A DNA stretch of 64,000 nucleotides from Lytechinus pictus (taxonomy: Eukaryota): NCBI RefSeq assembly GCF_037042905.1, contig NC_087258.1:13454001-13518000 (forward strand), read 5' to 3'. This document shows positions 53,282 through 64,000 of the stretch, one piece after another (position 1 is the first letter of the stretch; the number at the start of each line of letters is the position of its first letter). The position numbers were made by a program, and so were the translations under genes. Below the pieces are notes generated by a model. That model did no database searches, had not been told where the DNA came from, and saw only the letters and a program-made list of their open reading frames with translations.

Positions 53282-54531
53282 CTACAAACCAGAATGATTA
53301 AAACTCAATGACTTTATGTTAAATTAGACTAATGAATATAACTTTTCAAATAAAATTTTTCATATTTTTTTTTCTTTGTTAAACCAAATAATAAACGGTG
53401 AAATGTGTAGAGCAAAATAGACATCAGACAACTGAGACAACAAAAATCAGTGAATTTAAATTCAAATTAGACTCTTTAATCAAAATGCTTTTCAACTTTT
53501 TATGGAAAACCAAAGTCAATGAATGCTACTTTTCAAAAACAATTTTTTTTTGCAATTTCTTTTTGTTCATCGGTTAAACAAAATGCACTCTTCATTAATC
53601 ATTTCACAAGGTACATGGTCCACTATAGGTAGTAATACACGCTTGTAGGCATCATTCATTTGTGTATATATGTCAGCAATAATTAATATAGAATATATTA
53701 ATAGAACGTCACTGTAGAAGGATATTAATAATTTTGATGGATGTGCAATGAAATGGTCTAAAGTATAAGCAGGATTATCAAATGCATGGAATGGAGAGAA
53801 ATCAAAACTATATTTGTGGCAAAATGGGTAGCTTGCAGTGGCAGGAATATTAATTTCTCAAAATGCATATGATCTGGGAAGGAACAGTTAAAGCCATGAG
53901 CATTGCAAAAATGGGCCAAGTTTAAACTTTTGAAGTTAACAAACGTCAAATTGTTTCAGTTCTTGAGAACAAAGCAGAACAGATGGACAGACTCCCATCC
54001 TTAAAAAAAAAAATTTATCAGATTTTTACAAAAAAGACACAATATCACAAGGGGGTTGTAAATTGCTCTCCTCATACTTTGTTTTTATACAGAGAATTTT
54101 AAACTTCAAGGTCATTCCAGATGATTCCGGTGGATTCATGAGGATTAAGGACCTCTCAAATTATGCTTCAGTAGAGTGTTTTATAAAAGGAACCCCTTGA
54201 TTCGACCAGCATGAGCTTGAATTAGGACTTTCTGTGCATACACAAAGTAAACCTCCAGATCGGGATGATCTTATTGTGCATGTGTTAGAAATGAGTTTTG
54301 TGAGACGTATATCTATCAGATATGATTATTTACGTCTGGGACCGACCTCTGACGTCACCATCCGAAAGACATGACCAGGGCTTGAACCTCGAACATGTAC
54401 ATCAATTTGTTACTTCCCCACATAGCTTGGAATACAGGCACATGCCACATCGTCAAGTTTAAATTAAATTAAATCTAATCTCTTATAGGGGTCCTATTGG
54501 ATGGTTGTGACTCTATTAGGGTTCAACCTAC

Positions 54532-54707
54532 CAGCCTCCTCCGCTATCGACTGCATCACGTCCAAGAGATTCCAAACTTTCTCTTCTTGAGCAAACTTCG
54601 AGAAGCTTGGCTGGCTCTCACTTTTGACCTCCCCTTTGGCTTCCATGAAAGCGACTCTGCTGCCCTCTGGGGGCGAATCACGTTTAATCTTACCCGTCAA
54701 CCACCCC
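54532..54707 (-). CDS. Aldo-keto reductase alternative exon E2 (mutually exclusive with E1)
   Basis: Long pyrimidine tract, cccag|G...G|gtaggt, 176 nt. Encodes GWLTGKIKRDSPPEGSRVAFMEAKGEVKSESQPSFSKFAQEEKVWNLLDVMQSIAEEA(G); same length and phase as E1. Confidence 0.9.
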
Positions 54708-55204
54708 CTGGGTGTCATGGGAGGGAAGGGAAAAAGGAGGATAAGGAAAATGAATAGACAAATGAATGGGCAAAGTAGACCTTGCTGCTGTTACTGGTGT
54801 GTGAATGGAGTGCAGGGGTGTTTCATGGTGTTTGGCTCAAACTTTTGCATTTTTAGCTGGCACTCATCTGCGTATTGCCCGAATACAGAAAATGCAGTCA
54901 AATCCAACAAAACACAATGAAACAAGCATATAGGAGGTCAAAACTAATGCTTTGCATTCTAGCCCACTTATTTGCTAGTTTGGCTGGCTAATGCAGCAAC
55001 AGCAGCTACAAATAATGCAAAGGTGTGAGCCGGGCCTAAAGCTATTTGTAAAGTAATGCATAACCTTGTGACCAAATGAAAATGAGACAGCCCAAGTGTA
55101 AATGATTTTTTTTTAATAAAGTGTGACCATATTTATAATAATTTACATTAAATTGTAACAAGAATGTACATTGAATTGATTGTTAGCAACAAGAATGCTA
55201 TCTA

Positions 55205-55617
55205 CAGACCTGCCAACCTTCTACAACAAAAAAAGTATTCTTAGAAGGAAAAAAAGTATTTTTTGACAAAAAGAGTATTTTTAAAAATTTATCTCAACAT
55301 AACAACCAGCCTGTTGTAGTGAGATCAGTGAAAAAACATGTGAAATGACTCTACTTGAAAACTTGATGACTCACCATTTTAAACATGTGCTCATAGGCAA
55401 GAATTTACTTGTTCTTTTCATGCAACAAGTTACTGGCCCGACACAGATTTTCACTGGTCTGGGACTGTCGCACCGGAGCTAGTCTCGCATGCTGTGTATA
55501 TTACATACCCCATGATCGGAAATTTAAAAAAAAGTATATCATACAAAAAAGTATTGGCGTATTCATAGCAAAAAAAGAGGAATAAATACTCTAAAAAGGG
55601 AACGGTTGGCATGTTTG
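55205..55617. mobile_element. TIR MITE
   Basis: cagacctgccaacc...ggttggcatgtttg ends, aaaaagtatt subrepeats, tatcta on both flanks. Confidence 0.6.
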
Positions 55618-56087
55618 TATCTAATATGAACTTTATTTACCTTTACATGATGTGACTAACAAGAAAGAATGAATGAGGTTCTCATTTGGATTTTTATTAT
55701 TCTAGTTATTCACAAAGTCATACATAACTTTACCAAGCAGTTTCAATGAAACAAATCCTGGAGTGATTCACAAAAAATATGTGTGACTTTGTGACAAGTT
55801 GCTCTTCGATTCATATTTGCGGCCAGTATATGATGCAACACAAAGGACAGATGTAGGTGTGCATGACTGCATAGTCATTTGTGAAGTTATGCATTGAATA
55901 CTCATCCTAGGGTTCTCCACAAAATCATATGTGACTTTGTGACAAATAAAATCCCTAGTTGCATGATGGACATGTATATAACGCATCACCGGAATGATCA
56001 GATAATGATCAATGGGTGTGCGCTACTGTGTAGTCATCAATGATGTCAAGTACACATTAAGGCATGATCTCTTTGTGGAACACCTCA

Positions 56088-56351
56088 GGGCTCCGTCTTA
56101 TAAATAGCTGAGATTGATCCGATCAACCACAGCTATGGATAGCCAACATTCTCAACACCTAAAATTCATGGTTTTTTTTTCTGGATATGCTGTATATTCA
56201 TACATCCATTGTTTTATTAAGAAATTAGTGTGTTTTCCCTGGTTTACAATTGATATTGTACAAATTTCCTTTGGAAAAAAATTGACATTGATGGATTTCC
56301 ATAGAGTTAAGGTCAATCGGATCAATCGTAACCCTCTGTAAGATGGGCCCT
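56088..56351. mobile_element. MITE, same family as 5386-5656
   Basis: Same TIRs, interior in the opposite orientation. Confidence 0.7.
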
Positions 56352-57367
56352 AAGTCCTGTAACACAACGGTTATCGATAAATCATATGCTTCATTTTCAT
56401 GATTAAGTATACTTTGTAGTCAATGTAATCAATCATTAAAAAAGTGCAGTACGATGATTGCTAAAGCTTTGTGTTATAGGCCTCAGGTGTATTTAACTGC
56501 ACATATACTGCAAAGTTTAGTCTACAAGAATGACAAAGTTTCTGCATTAGGCTTTTTTTATGAATTGCTTAATGGGAATTATTGCAGTTTGAATAATTTT
56601 CACATTGTTACTGCAACAGGGCTTTGCATCTAAATAGTTTAAAAGTTAAAGGGGGGGGGGGGCTGGGGCGATTTTGCCCCAAAGTGCTCAAGAGAGCACT
56701 GGAAACTAAAAAGGAGCCCTGGAAAATCCCCATTCATCGCATGTTGCAGATTTAGGCAGTAATTTGTGAAAAGTAGCCCCTAAAAATAAAAATTAACTTT
56801 TTTGCCTGTTACATGTACAAAGATGAGCATCCAAGTTGAACTGGTCTGAGCTTGCACCGAATTCATGTAATATTCGAAATGTCACTCAAATGACAAAACA
56901 CTGAATATACAACATACTTTTATCTATACCAAATCATAGAGATAGATTGACATTAGGCCTAGGAGTAATAGGACTAGATCTAGTGGAAGTCTTGACTCTT
57001 TAGGCTGACTCATTTTTCTCACCTTTTTTGTGTCTGAATCTGATCCAATATACCGGTAACTGTAGGAATGACGCACATGCAAAGGATCCAAATCATCCCA
57101 GGAAATCACCAAGTCGAAAGCAGGATTTGAAAAACTAACTAAGACTCTAACTTTCAGCTCCACAATGCAAAATCCGAATCGAATCCTCTTAACCGAATGC
57201 TATCTTAAAATGCTATCTGTTCTGGAATCTATTCCACAACCGAACCGCTTACTTGAGCATGCAACATACGTCAATTGCATGGCTTGTACGTGTAACTGTG
57301 CAAAAGCCGACCCTCGTGCATGTCATGTGACCAACAATTATTCATTCATTAAGGTGTCTAGGCATTC

Positions 57368-57562
57368 TAATAATAATAATAGGCATTTATATAGCGCCAT
57401 CTATCTAGAAATCTTCTATTCCGAGGTGCACAAGAAAAGAAAGTATGAGAGAGTTTGGAAGAGTGTCAAAGTGCCAATATCTCATACTGTTAGAAAAGAT
57501 AAGACTTTGGTTTAGATTTGAAGGTCTCCAGTGATGATATAATTCTTTAATTCAACAGCAAA
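57368..57562 (-). mobile_element. L2/CR1-type LINE 3' fragment
   Basis: The - strand carries a degenerate ORF2 C-terminus (...SSLETFKSKPKSYLF) followed by gcgctatataaatgcc and a (TTA)n tail. Confidence 0.55.
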
Positions 57563-57896
57563 TTATTGAGTTCTATGTGATGTATGATTAATGCAGGAAA
57601 TGGATGTCAATCACGGGGGATAGACAAATAATATACAATCCTATCCAGGTTTGTCAGATGGCATCATAGCTATTTTTTTCCTATTGAAATGTTTGCAATT
57701 GAGAAGCATTTGGCAATGATATGATGATCTACAGCAAAGCTTTGAAAAAAGTGTGATTGGTATGTACATCTAAAGGGGCATTCAAAAAAATTATTGAATA
57801 AAGTACATTTGAAACAAGCATGTGGAAGAGGTAGCCATGAGGATTAATATGCAAAATAAAATAAATGCCTGGTCAAGTGTGCATGTACATCCAATC

Positions 57897-58271
57897 GGTA
57901 AATTACCAATTTGTCTACTGCCACCTCATCCACTCACCAAGCTTCATTTAGTCTATTGCCCTTTCATCCATCAACATTTTGTCTTACAACCATTTGGTCC
58001 AATCATCACTTGGTCTGATCACCAGTTCGTATATATCCATTTTGTCTTAACCAGTTGGTCTATATCTATTTATTTTCATTCATTTTGTCCAATTAGACCG
58101 AATGGTATACGGACTAAATGGCTATTAGACCAACTGGTTATTAGACGACATGGTGAGTGGACGAAATGGCAATTAGACCATGTGGATATTAGACGAACTG
58201 ATGGTAGACTAAATGATAGTAGACGAGTTGGCAATCGGACGATTTGGCATTAAACCGATTGAAAATAAATC
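57897..58271. mobile_element. Foldback MITE, same family as 1312-1718
   Basis: Collinear similarity, e.g. cattttcattcattttg and ggactaaatggctatt. Confidence 0.7.
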
Positions 58272-58404
58272 AAAATCTCATCATCTTATACCGGCTTATA
58301 AATTTTTGTAAGCTAGCTTAGATGATTTTCTTAGATTTTCTCAAGCCCCCCCCCCCCCCCCACATAAAATGAATGCAAATAATAATACACAGCTTTGCTA
58401 TTAC

Positions 58405-58580
58405 CTTGATCATTTGCGATTGATTTCATTATGTCTAGTAGATTCCAGACTCTTTCTTCCCCCACAAATTCTGAAAAGGTTGGATGGCTTTCCCTAGCAA
58501 TGTATCGTCTGGTCTCAACGAATGCCACCCTACTCCCCTCCGGTGGGGAGTCTCGAGTCATTTTGCCCGTTAGCCAACCA
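58405..58580 (-). CDS. Aldo-keto reductase alternative exon E1 (mutually exclusive with E2)
   Basis: tgcag|T...G|gtaata, 176 nt. Encodes GWLTGKMTRDSPPEGSRVAFVETRRYIARESHPTFSEFVGEERVWNLLDIMKSIANDQ(G); in phase with exons D and F. Confidence 0.88.
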
Positions 58581-59135
58581 CTGCATTGTCAAGTGCAAAT
58601 AGCAAACCCATTTTCACAAATGCTAATGTTCGTTTTTAGCCAATCAGGCACCTATATAAGGGGCCGATTCGTCCCAACTGGAGAGTTTGTAGAAAGAAAC
58701 TTTATTCTTATTTGAAATATTGAAGAATTAAGTGACTTTTTTTTTACTTGATGAAGGCAAATACTTTATTCATAATGTAGGTTCACCTGATTGCCATCAC
58801 CAACTACAGTATTTGAGCATTTCTTTAATAAATGTAGAACCAGTTTCAAAGTGCACACCTCATCATCAGGCAGAAATTCATACAGACAATCATACAGAGT
58901 TGGTACATTTCTGCCTGATTTTTTCTTCAAGCTATTATGTCTTGTTCCTTTCATAAAATAATAGTATTATCATAAACCACTATATAAGACAAGCTACGAA
59001 ATTGATTTTTACTTTAATTTATGGTAATCAACATCAATATTGCAAAAGTAAAAAGTAGAATTGAAAAAAAGAATGATTTCCCTCACTTATCACTATATCA
59101 TTTTAGCAATGATATTGTTGGGGAAGCAGACTTAC

Positions 59136-59233
59136 CCTTTGAGCGGACTCCAGGGAAGAATACCAAGGGCTTCATTCTTACAGCAATCTACCAACTCCCA
59201 TTCCAACTCTCGATTTAAGAGACTGTACTGTGC
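59136..59233 (-). CDS. Aldo-keto reductase exon D
   Basis: ctag|GCA...AAA GG|gtaagt, 98 nt. Encodes [32 protein letters not shown](G). Confidence 0.93.
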
Positions 59234-59681
59234 CTAGAGAGACAGATAGACAGGCAGACAGGGCAGGGGGATAGAAGGGGAGGAAGGGAGGGAGGGAGAT
59301 GGAGAGGGATGGAGGGAGGAGCAGAGAAGGAAGGGGACATAGGACATAAGAGCAAGGGGGCAGCCCAGGAAGGTGGAGGAAAGGGAAAAATTATCATGAA
59401 AGACTTAAAATTTACACATAGGACAACATCCTTTATCTATCCACCACATGTTAGAAGTCTGTACTGAACCTATTCAGACATAAAAAGGAAGAGAACATCA
59501 TATTCAAACTTTCATTCAATTTTTTTTCATTCCACTATTTTGGTTTTGAATACTTATCTTTGAGTTTAGGATGAGAAAGAGCATTTGGGAAATGAGATAA
59601 ATCTACTATCAATAAAGGTGGTCCTTTCATACAGGTTGAGCTCAAAGACGGTTTGACTGATATTACATTACATCACTTTAC

Positions 59682-59855
59682 CTGTAGTGTTATCCATCGG
59701 TTAAACCCCTTGTACTGACATAAATCCATGATCTTCTGCATCTGCCATCCGGTCACGTTGCTGGCCCCGACATAGCGGATCTTACCGGCCCTCACTAGGT
59801 CATCCAGGGTACGCATGGTCTCCTCAATGGGCGTGGCTGGGTCCCAAGCATGAAT
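59682..59855 (-). CDS. Aldo-keto reductase exon C
   Basis: atcag|ATT...CAG|gtaaag, 174 nt. Encodes [58 protein letters not shown] (catalytic His; GKIRYVGxSN motif). Confidence 0.95.
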
Positions 59856-59927
59856 CTGATAAATGAACATTGTCTTTGTAGTCATTGGAAACTGTCTTGA
59901 GGTCATTTCAAGAAACATCACAAAAAG

Positions 59928-60933
59928 AACAAGTGGAATGCCTCTGGCCGTCTCACCTACATCACGCGATTCAATATAGCAGCAGTGCTGATTTTGAAAA
60001 CTACTATAACTCGCACAAGATGTTCAGTGATACTTGGTTACTCGTATTTCCACGTTTTATGAACTAGACCAATACACTTATAGAGATATGATGGCAATTC
60101 AACAAATACCCCCAACGTGGCCAAAGTTCTTTGACCTTACATGACCTTTGACCTTGATCATGTGACCTGAAACTCGCACAGGATGTTCAGTGATACTTGA
60201 TTACTCTTATGTCCAAGTTTTATGAACTAGACCAACACACTTTCAAATTTATGGCTGTAATTCAACAAATACCCCAATTTGGCCAAAGTTCATTGACCCT
60301 AAATGACCTTTGACCTTGATCATGTGACCTGAAACTTGCACAGGATGTTCAGTAATACTTGATTACTATTATGTCCAAGTTTCATGAATCAGATCCATAA
60401 ACTTTCAAAGTTATGATGGTAATTCAACAGATACCCCCAATTCGGCCAAAGTTCATTGACCCTAAATGACCTTTGACCTTGGTCATGTGACGTGAAACTC
60501 ATGCAGGATGTTCAGTGATACTTGATTAACCTTATGTGTAAGTTTCATGAACTAGGTCCATATATTTTCTAAGTTATGATGGCATTTCAAAAACTTAACC
60601 TTAGGTTAAGATTTTGATGTTGATTCCCCCAACATGGTCTAAGTTCATTGACCCTAAATGACCTTTGACCTTGGTCATGTGACATGAAACTCAGGCAGGA
60701 TGTTCAGTAATACTTGATTAACCTTATGGCCAAGTTTCATGAACTAGGTCCATATACTTTCTAAGTTATGCTGTCATTTCAAAAACTTAACCTCAGGTTA
60801 AGATTTGGTGTTGACGCCGCCGCCGCCGTCGCCGTCGCCGCCGCCGCCGCCGTCGCCGCCGCCGTCACCGTCGCCGTCGCCGTCGGAAAAGCGGCGCCTA
60901 TAGTCTCACTCTGCTATGCAGGTGAGACAAAAA
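59928..60933. mobile_element. Helentron-associated non-autonomous element (Tsp/pearl/DINE-1-like) with internal tandem array
   Basis: Starts aacaag; subterminal inverted repeat gtctcacct (~59950) / aggtgagac (~60920). Contains 4-5 tandem units (periods 163, 162, 163, 192 bp), a (GCC/GTC)n microsatellite at 60815-60884 and a terminal hairpin. Confidence 0.75.
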
Positions 60934-61010
60934 TGAGCTTCTTGTTGCACCCTTGAGCCTGCTTCATACCTACTTATACAATTAGTTGGAATTCGTAAGC
61001 AAGTGATACC

Positions 61011-61290
61011 ACTTTCAGTAACTCAGCAGTCCAGACCAGCTCCGGGCTATTAAAGTCGTATAGTTTTGAATTTATGAATGCCGCGTGCTAAAATAGCCTG
61101 CGCCAGACGGTGCTATTTGACACTGCTATTAGCAGCACCAGACCAGCGCCACCCATTATGTGCCTGAGTATTTGAATGGGTGATAGTTAAAGTAGCGCCG
61201 CTGTGCTACGTAGTTACTGAATGCTTGTGGTGCAGTCTATTTTAATGCGAGCCTGAAGCAGACCACAAAATCATGAGTTACTGAAAACGG
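61011..61290. mobile_element. MITE
   Basis: tttcagtaactca...tgagttactgaaa inverted ends. Confidence 0.5.
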
Positions 61291-61694
61291 TTTGAGAAGT
61301 CAGTGATTGATCAGTCAAAATAATTTGTCATTATTATTTGTTACATTGACAATTTTCAAAAATCTTCTATGAAGCAGGCCAGGTTTCAATGGACATGACA
61401 CTATTCCTTATAAGTCATGAAGAGAAAGTAGACTACTAGAATGGAGAAATGTAGAAGAAACAGAATAAAAGGAAGAATAGTTTAAGTATGAGAAAATAAA
61501 TACAAATTTCACCATGATATAAACAAAACCAAAAAAAGAGATCACAACAGGTAGCCGAAAGTTATAAGTGGCAAAAGTAAACATGTATTCAGTAGAAGAG
61601 GGAGAAGATGAAGAAGAATATAAGGAGGATGAGCAACATGAGTAGGAGGGGGAAAAGTGACAGCACAAGAAATTATCTCTAAGATGTATCTAAC

Positions 61695-61848
61695 CTGGTA
61701 CAGATCAATGTAATCAGTCCGCAGCCTTTTCAGACTTTCTTCTAAGCTCCACACAATGTTCTTACGGCTCAGTCCTCCACTGTTTGGATTGCTTGGATCC
61801 ATTTCAAAGCGGACTTTGGTAGCCAAAACAAAGTCTTCCCTCTTTCTC
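61695..61848 (-). CDS. Aldo-keto reductase exon B
   Basis: ttacag|G...CAG|gttaga; phase matches exon A. Encodes [51 protein letters not shown] (catalytic Lys in ATK; [13 protein letters not shown] motif). Confidence 0.95.
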
Positions 61849-62533
61849 CTGTAACATTAAGATAAATAATGTGTCAGAAGGGCAGTGAAACCTTTTCAGA
61901 TCATTTCAATTAAATTCTTTAAAAGAGAATATCTATTGCAATTAAAAAAATACCCTAGATGGAAATGCAAGATATTATGAATTCAATACTTTGTGATTAA
62001 TTGAACACTAACTTTAAAACTAGGTATACATGTATATTGTAGGCCTCCTTTTATTAATTCGCTCTGCAGAAAGAAGACATAAAATCTGTTTATATGAAGA
62101 TAAGAAAAAAATAAAAAAATACACTGATCACTCAAAGATCAGTTTCTTCACAAACCAATTACTTTTACATCCCAATATTGTGATGCACAGATATTTCCCC
62201 AATTTTGTACCACCATATTAAATAGTTGCCATTTTAATGATTCTGGATCTTGTAGACACAAAGCTTTATGACCGATCAAAGAGCTGAATATAAACTTTAT
62301 TGCACTGGTTGTTATTATGTGCAATAAATTGTCAAGATAAATCGAAGAGTCATTCTCTATGCCTGCATTGTGTTCGAGGGACCTATAGTTTTCATGTGCA
62401 GCAATGCATATGTAAAGGAGCGGAAACAGGAAATCAGAAAAAATAAACCCACTGCAAACTTATCTACATGTAGATTAATATTAATCAAGCCATTTTCTGC
62501 CCCAAGTAATATCAAAGATATTCCTTATATACA

Positions 62534-62762
62534 CAGTTGTGCGCAAAAGTTAGTGAACCCCACCACAAAATGCACTCCTTCATGCCAAGTGTTGAATGTA
62601 GACAACAATACTACAATGTTCAGTGAGCCCAGAGAAACAAAATTTATTGAATGTAATATTTTATCACCTGACTTCACAATTAAATATCTAAAACATGGCA
62701 GAACTTGAACACTTTAAATATGTTCATTTTCTGGTGGGGTTCACTAACTTTTGACTTCCACA
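62534..62762. mobile_element. Tc1/mariner-like MITE
   Basis: caaaagttagtgaaccccacca...tggtggggttcactaacttttg TIRs in a TA-rich context, directly beside the exon A donor. Confidence 0.7.
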
Positions 62763-62777
62763 TATACTAGTGCTTAC

Positions 62778-62923
62778 TTTGCCAACCAGTTTCCCACTAT
62801 AGATTCAGAGACGCCCATCACATAGACATTAGCAGTGTCTATGAAGTTCCCTCCAAGCTCTGAAAATCGGTCCAAGATCTTATGAGCTGCTTCTTCATCA
62901 CACTGCCCTGGTCTGGTTGGATC
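62778..62923 (-). CDS. Aldo-keto reductase exon A (first exon visible in the window)
   Basis: ttttag|GAT...GCA AA|gtaagc. Encodes [48 protein letters not shown], including the AKR GxNFIDTAxVY motif with the catalytic Asp and Tyr. Confidence 0.93.
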
Positions 62924-64000
62924 CTAAAATAAGGGACAAGAAATTTGATAAATGCTAGAAGAAACATACACCTTTTTTCCTTTATTTTGACATTTTATAT
63001 TAATCCACAAACATACCCTCCTTCTTTATCCTCCCTCTACTCTTCTTTTCTTCCTTTTTCGCTTGTTTTCTATGTTTTTCCTTCTCAAGTCACCATCTTC
63101 ACAGAAGCTTTGAACTTCATCCTCTTCACATTAATTTTTGTATGAACTTACAAAAATATTCAGTGTCTAGATAAAATCAGATTTTTTTTTTTTGCTAGTC
63201 AATTTTCTCTGGTGAAAGTATGTTTGATTTGGGAATGACAACTTTGGTTATTCAGTCCCCATCTTTCACTAGATTCATTCTATAGAAGTGAAGTCATTTA
63301 TTTCTTCTAGTTTAAATAAGGAAACCAATAAATTTTAATATTTGGCACCTTCCTGTGCACTCATGTCAGTGAATAGAGGTGGAAATGGGATTTGATTGAC
63401 TGAAGCAGGCCTGGACTAAAAAAGCACAGGTGCATAGAAAGAAAACATAATCCCTATTTCATGATAATTAAAAAAAATAAAACTATGAGAAATAAAAATA
63501 CATTTCCTATAACAACAGGCAGTAGATCGAGAGGTGATTTCATGAACAAGAGGGGGGTACGGAATTGTAAGAGTTCCTTCTGAGCATGTTAAAATCATCC
63601 AAACGTGTACAATATGGCGCATAACTCCAAAGTTCTTGTGGACTTCAAAATGATGATTGACGATTGTATTGCCTCTCCAGCATTGAAGAACTTTGATAAT
63701 TCTATTTCCATCATCTCTATCTTTTGGACAAATGAGCTAATACGAAATTTATTCAGAATGCGAAGAAAATAATTCTTTAAGTTGTTAAGCATTGAAAATC
63801 AAGGGAGGACAGAAAAAAAAATTGAGGGTGGGGGACACGTCCCATTTGCATCCCCCATCCCTCAGCCAGAGATGATCACCACCAGCTGACAAATAGTCAG
63901 TTTAGCATATTTGTACCAGTTAATGATACCAAAAGAAAAGAGGTCTCTATCAGCTATCTAACTTTTTAAGTAGAAAGTTTAGTTTATGATCTGATTTCTC

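Noticed and set aside
50827-58580. Two tandem AKR paralogues or a haplotype artefact as the explanation for the duplicated exons
   Set aside because: Only E and G are duplicated, they are interleaved with a single exon F, and 58-64% protein identity is far below allelic levels.
63595-63792. 65-aa - strand ORF as the AKR N-terminal exon
   Set aside because: It lacks the expected LGxSGLxVSxxxLG motif; the true exon is probably beyond the window.

Overview
AT-rich, intron- and repeat-rich animal DNA, almost certainly a sea urchin (echinoid). Two protein-coding genes can be supported. (1) The + strand carries the main coding exon (35902-36396) of a pedal peptide/orcokinin-type neuropeptide precursor matching sea urchin PPLN2, with nine KR/KK-flanked (N)FG...PMQSGF(Y/F) peptides; I could not locate its signal-peptide exon. 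(2) The - strand carries the 3' part of an aldo-keto reductase (AKR) gene (exons from 62923 down to 50827; the N-terminal exon(s) lie beyond the window). The standout observation is in the AKR gene, which has two pairs of duplicated exons. One is an internal 176-nt pair (58405-58580 / 54532-54707) that can only be used mutually exclusively. The other is a 102-nt terminal pair (51641-51742 / 50827-50928). Both pairs map to the loop B and C-terminal loop regions that shape AKR specificity, so up to four enzyme variants are possible. The rest of the window is largely transposons: an AcademH-type deletion derivative keeping a RecQ-like helicase fragment (1936-2862, 9-bp TSD), a 5.2-kb TAG...CTA foldback element whose arms are inverted higher-order satellite arrays (7291-12531), a Helentron/Tsp-like element with a 163-bp repeat array, a triple-nested insertion, and many MITEs. 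Several strong - strand splice-site pairs suggest a non-coding antisense transcript around the neuropeptide gene. There is an assembly gap at 51120-51290. All coordinates were read by eye.
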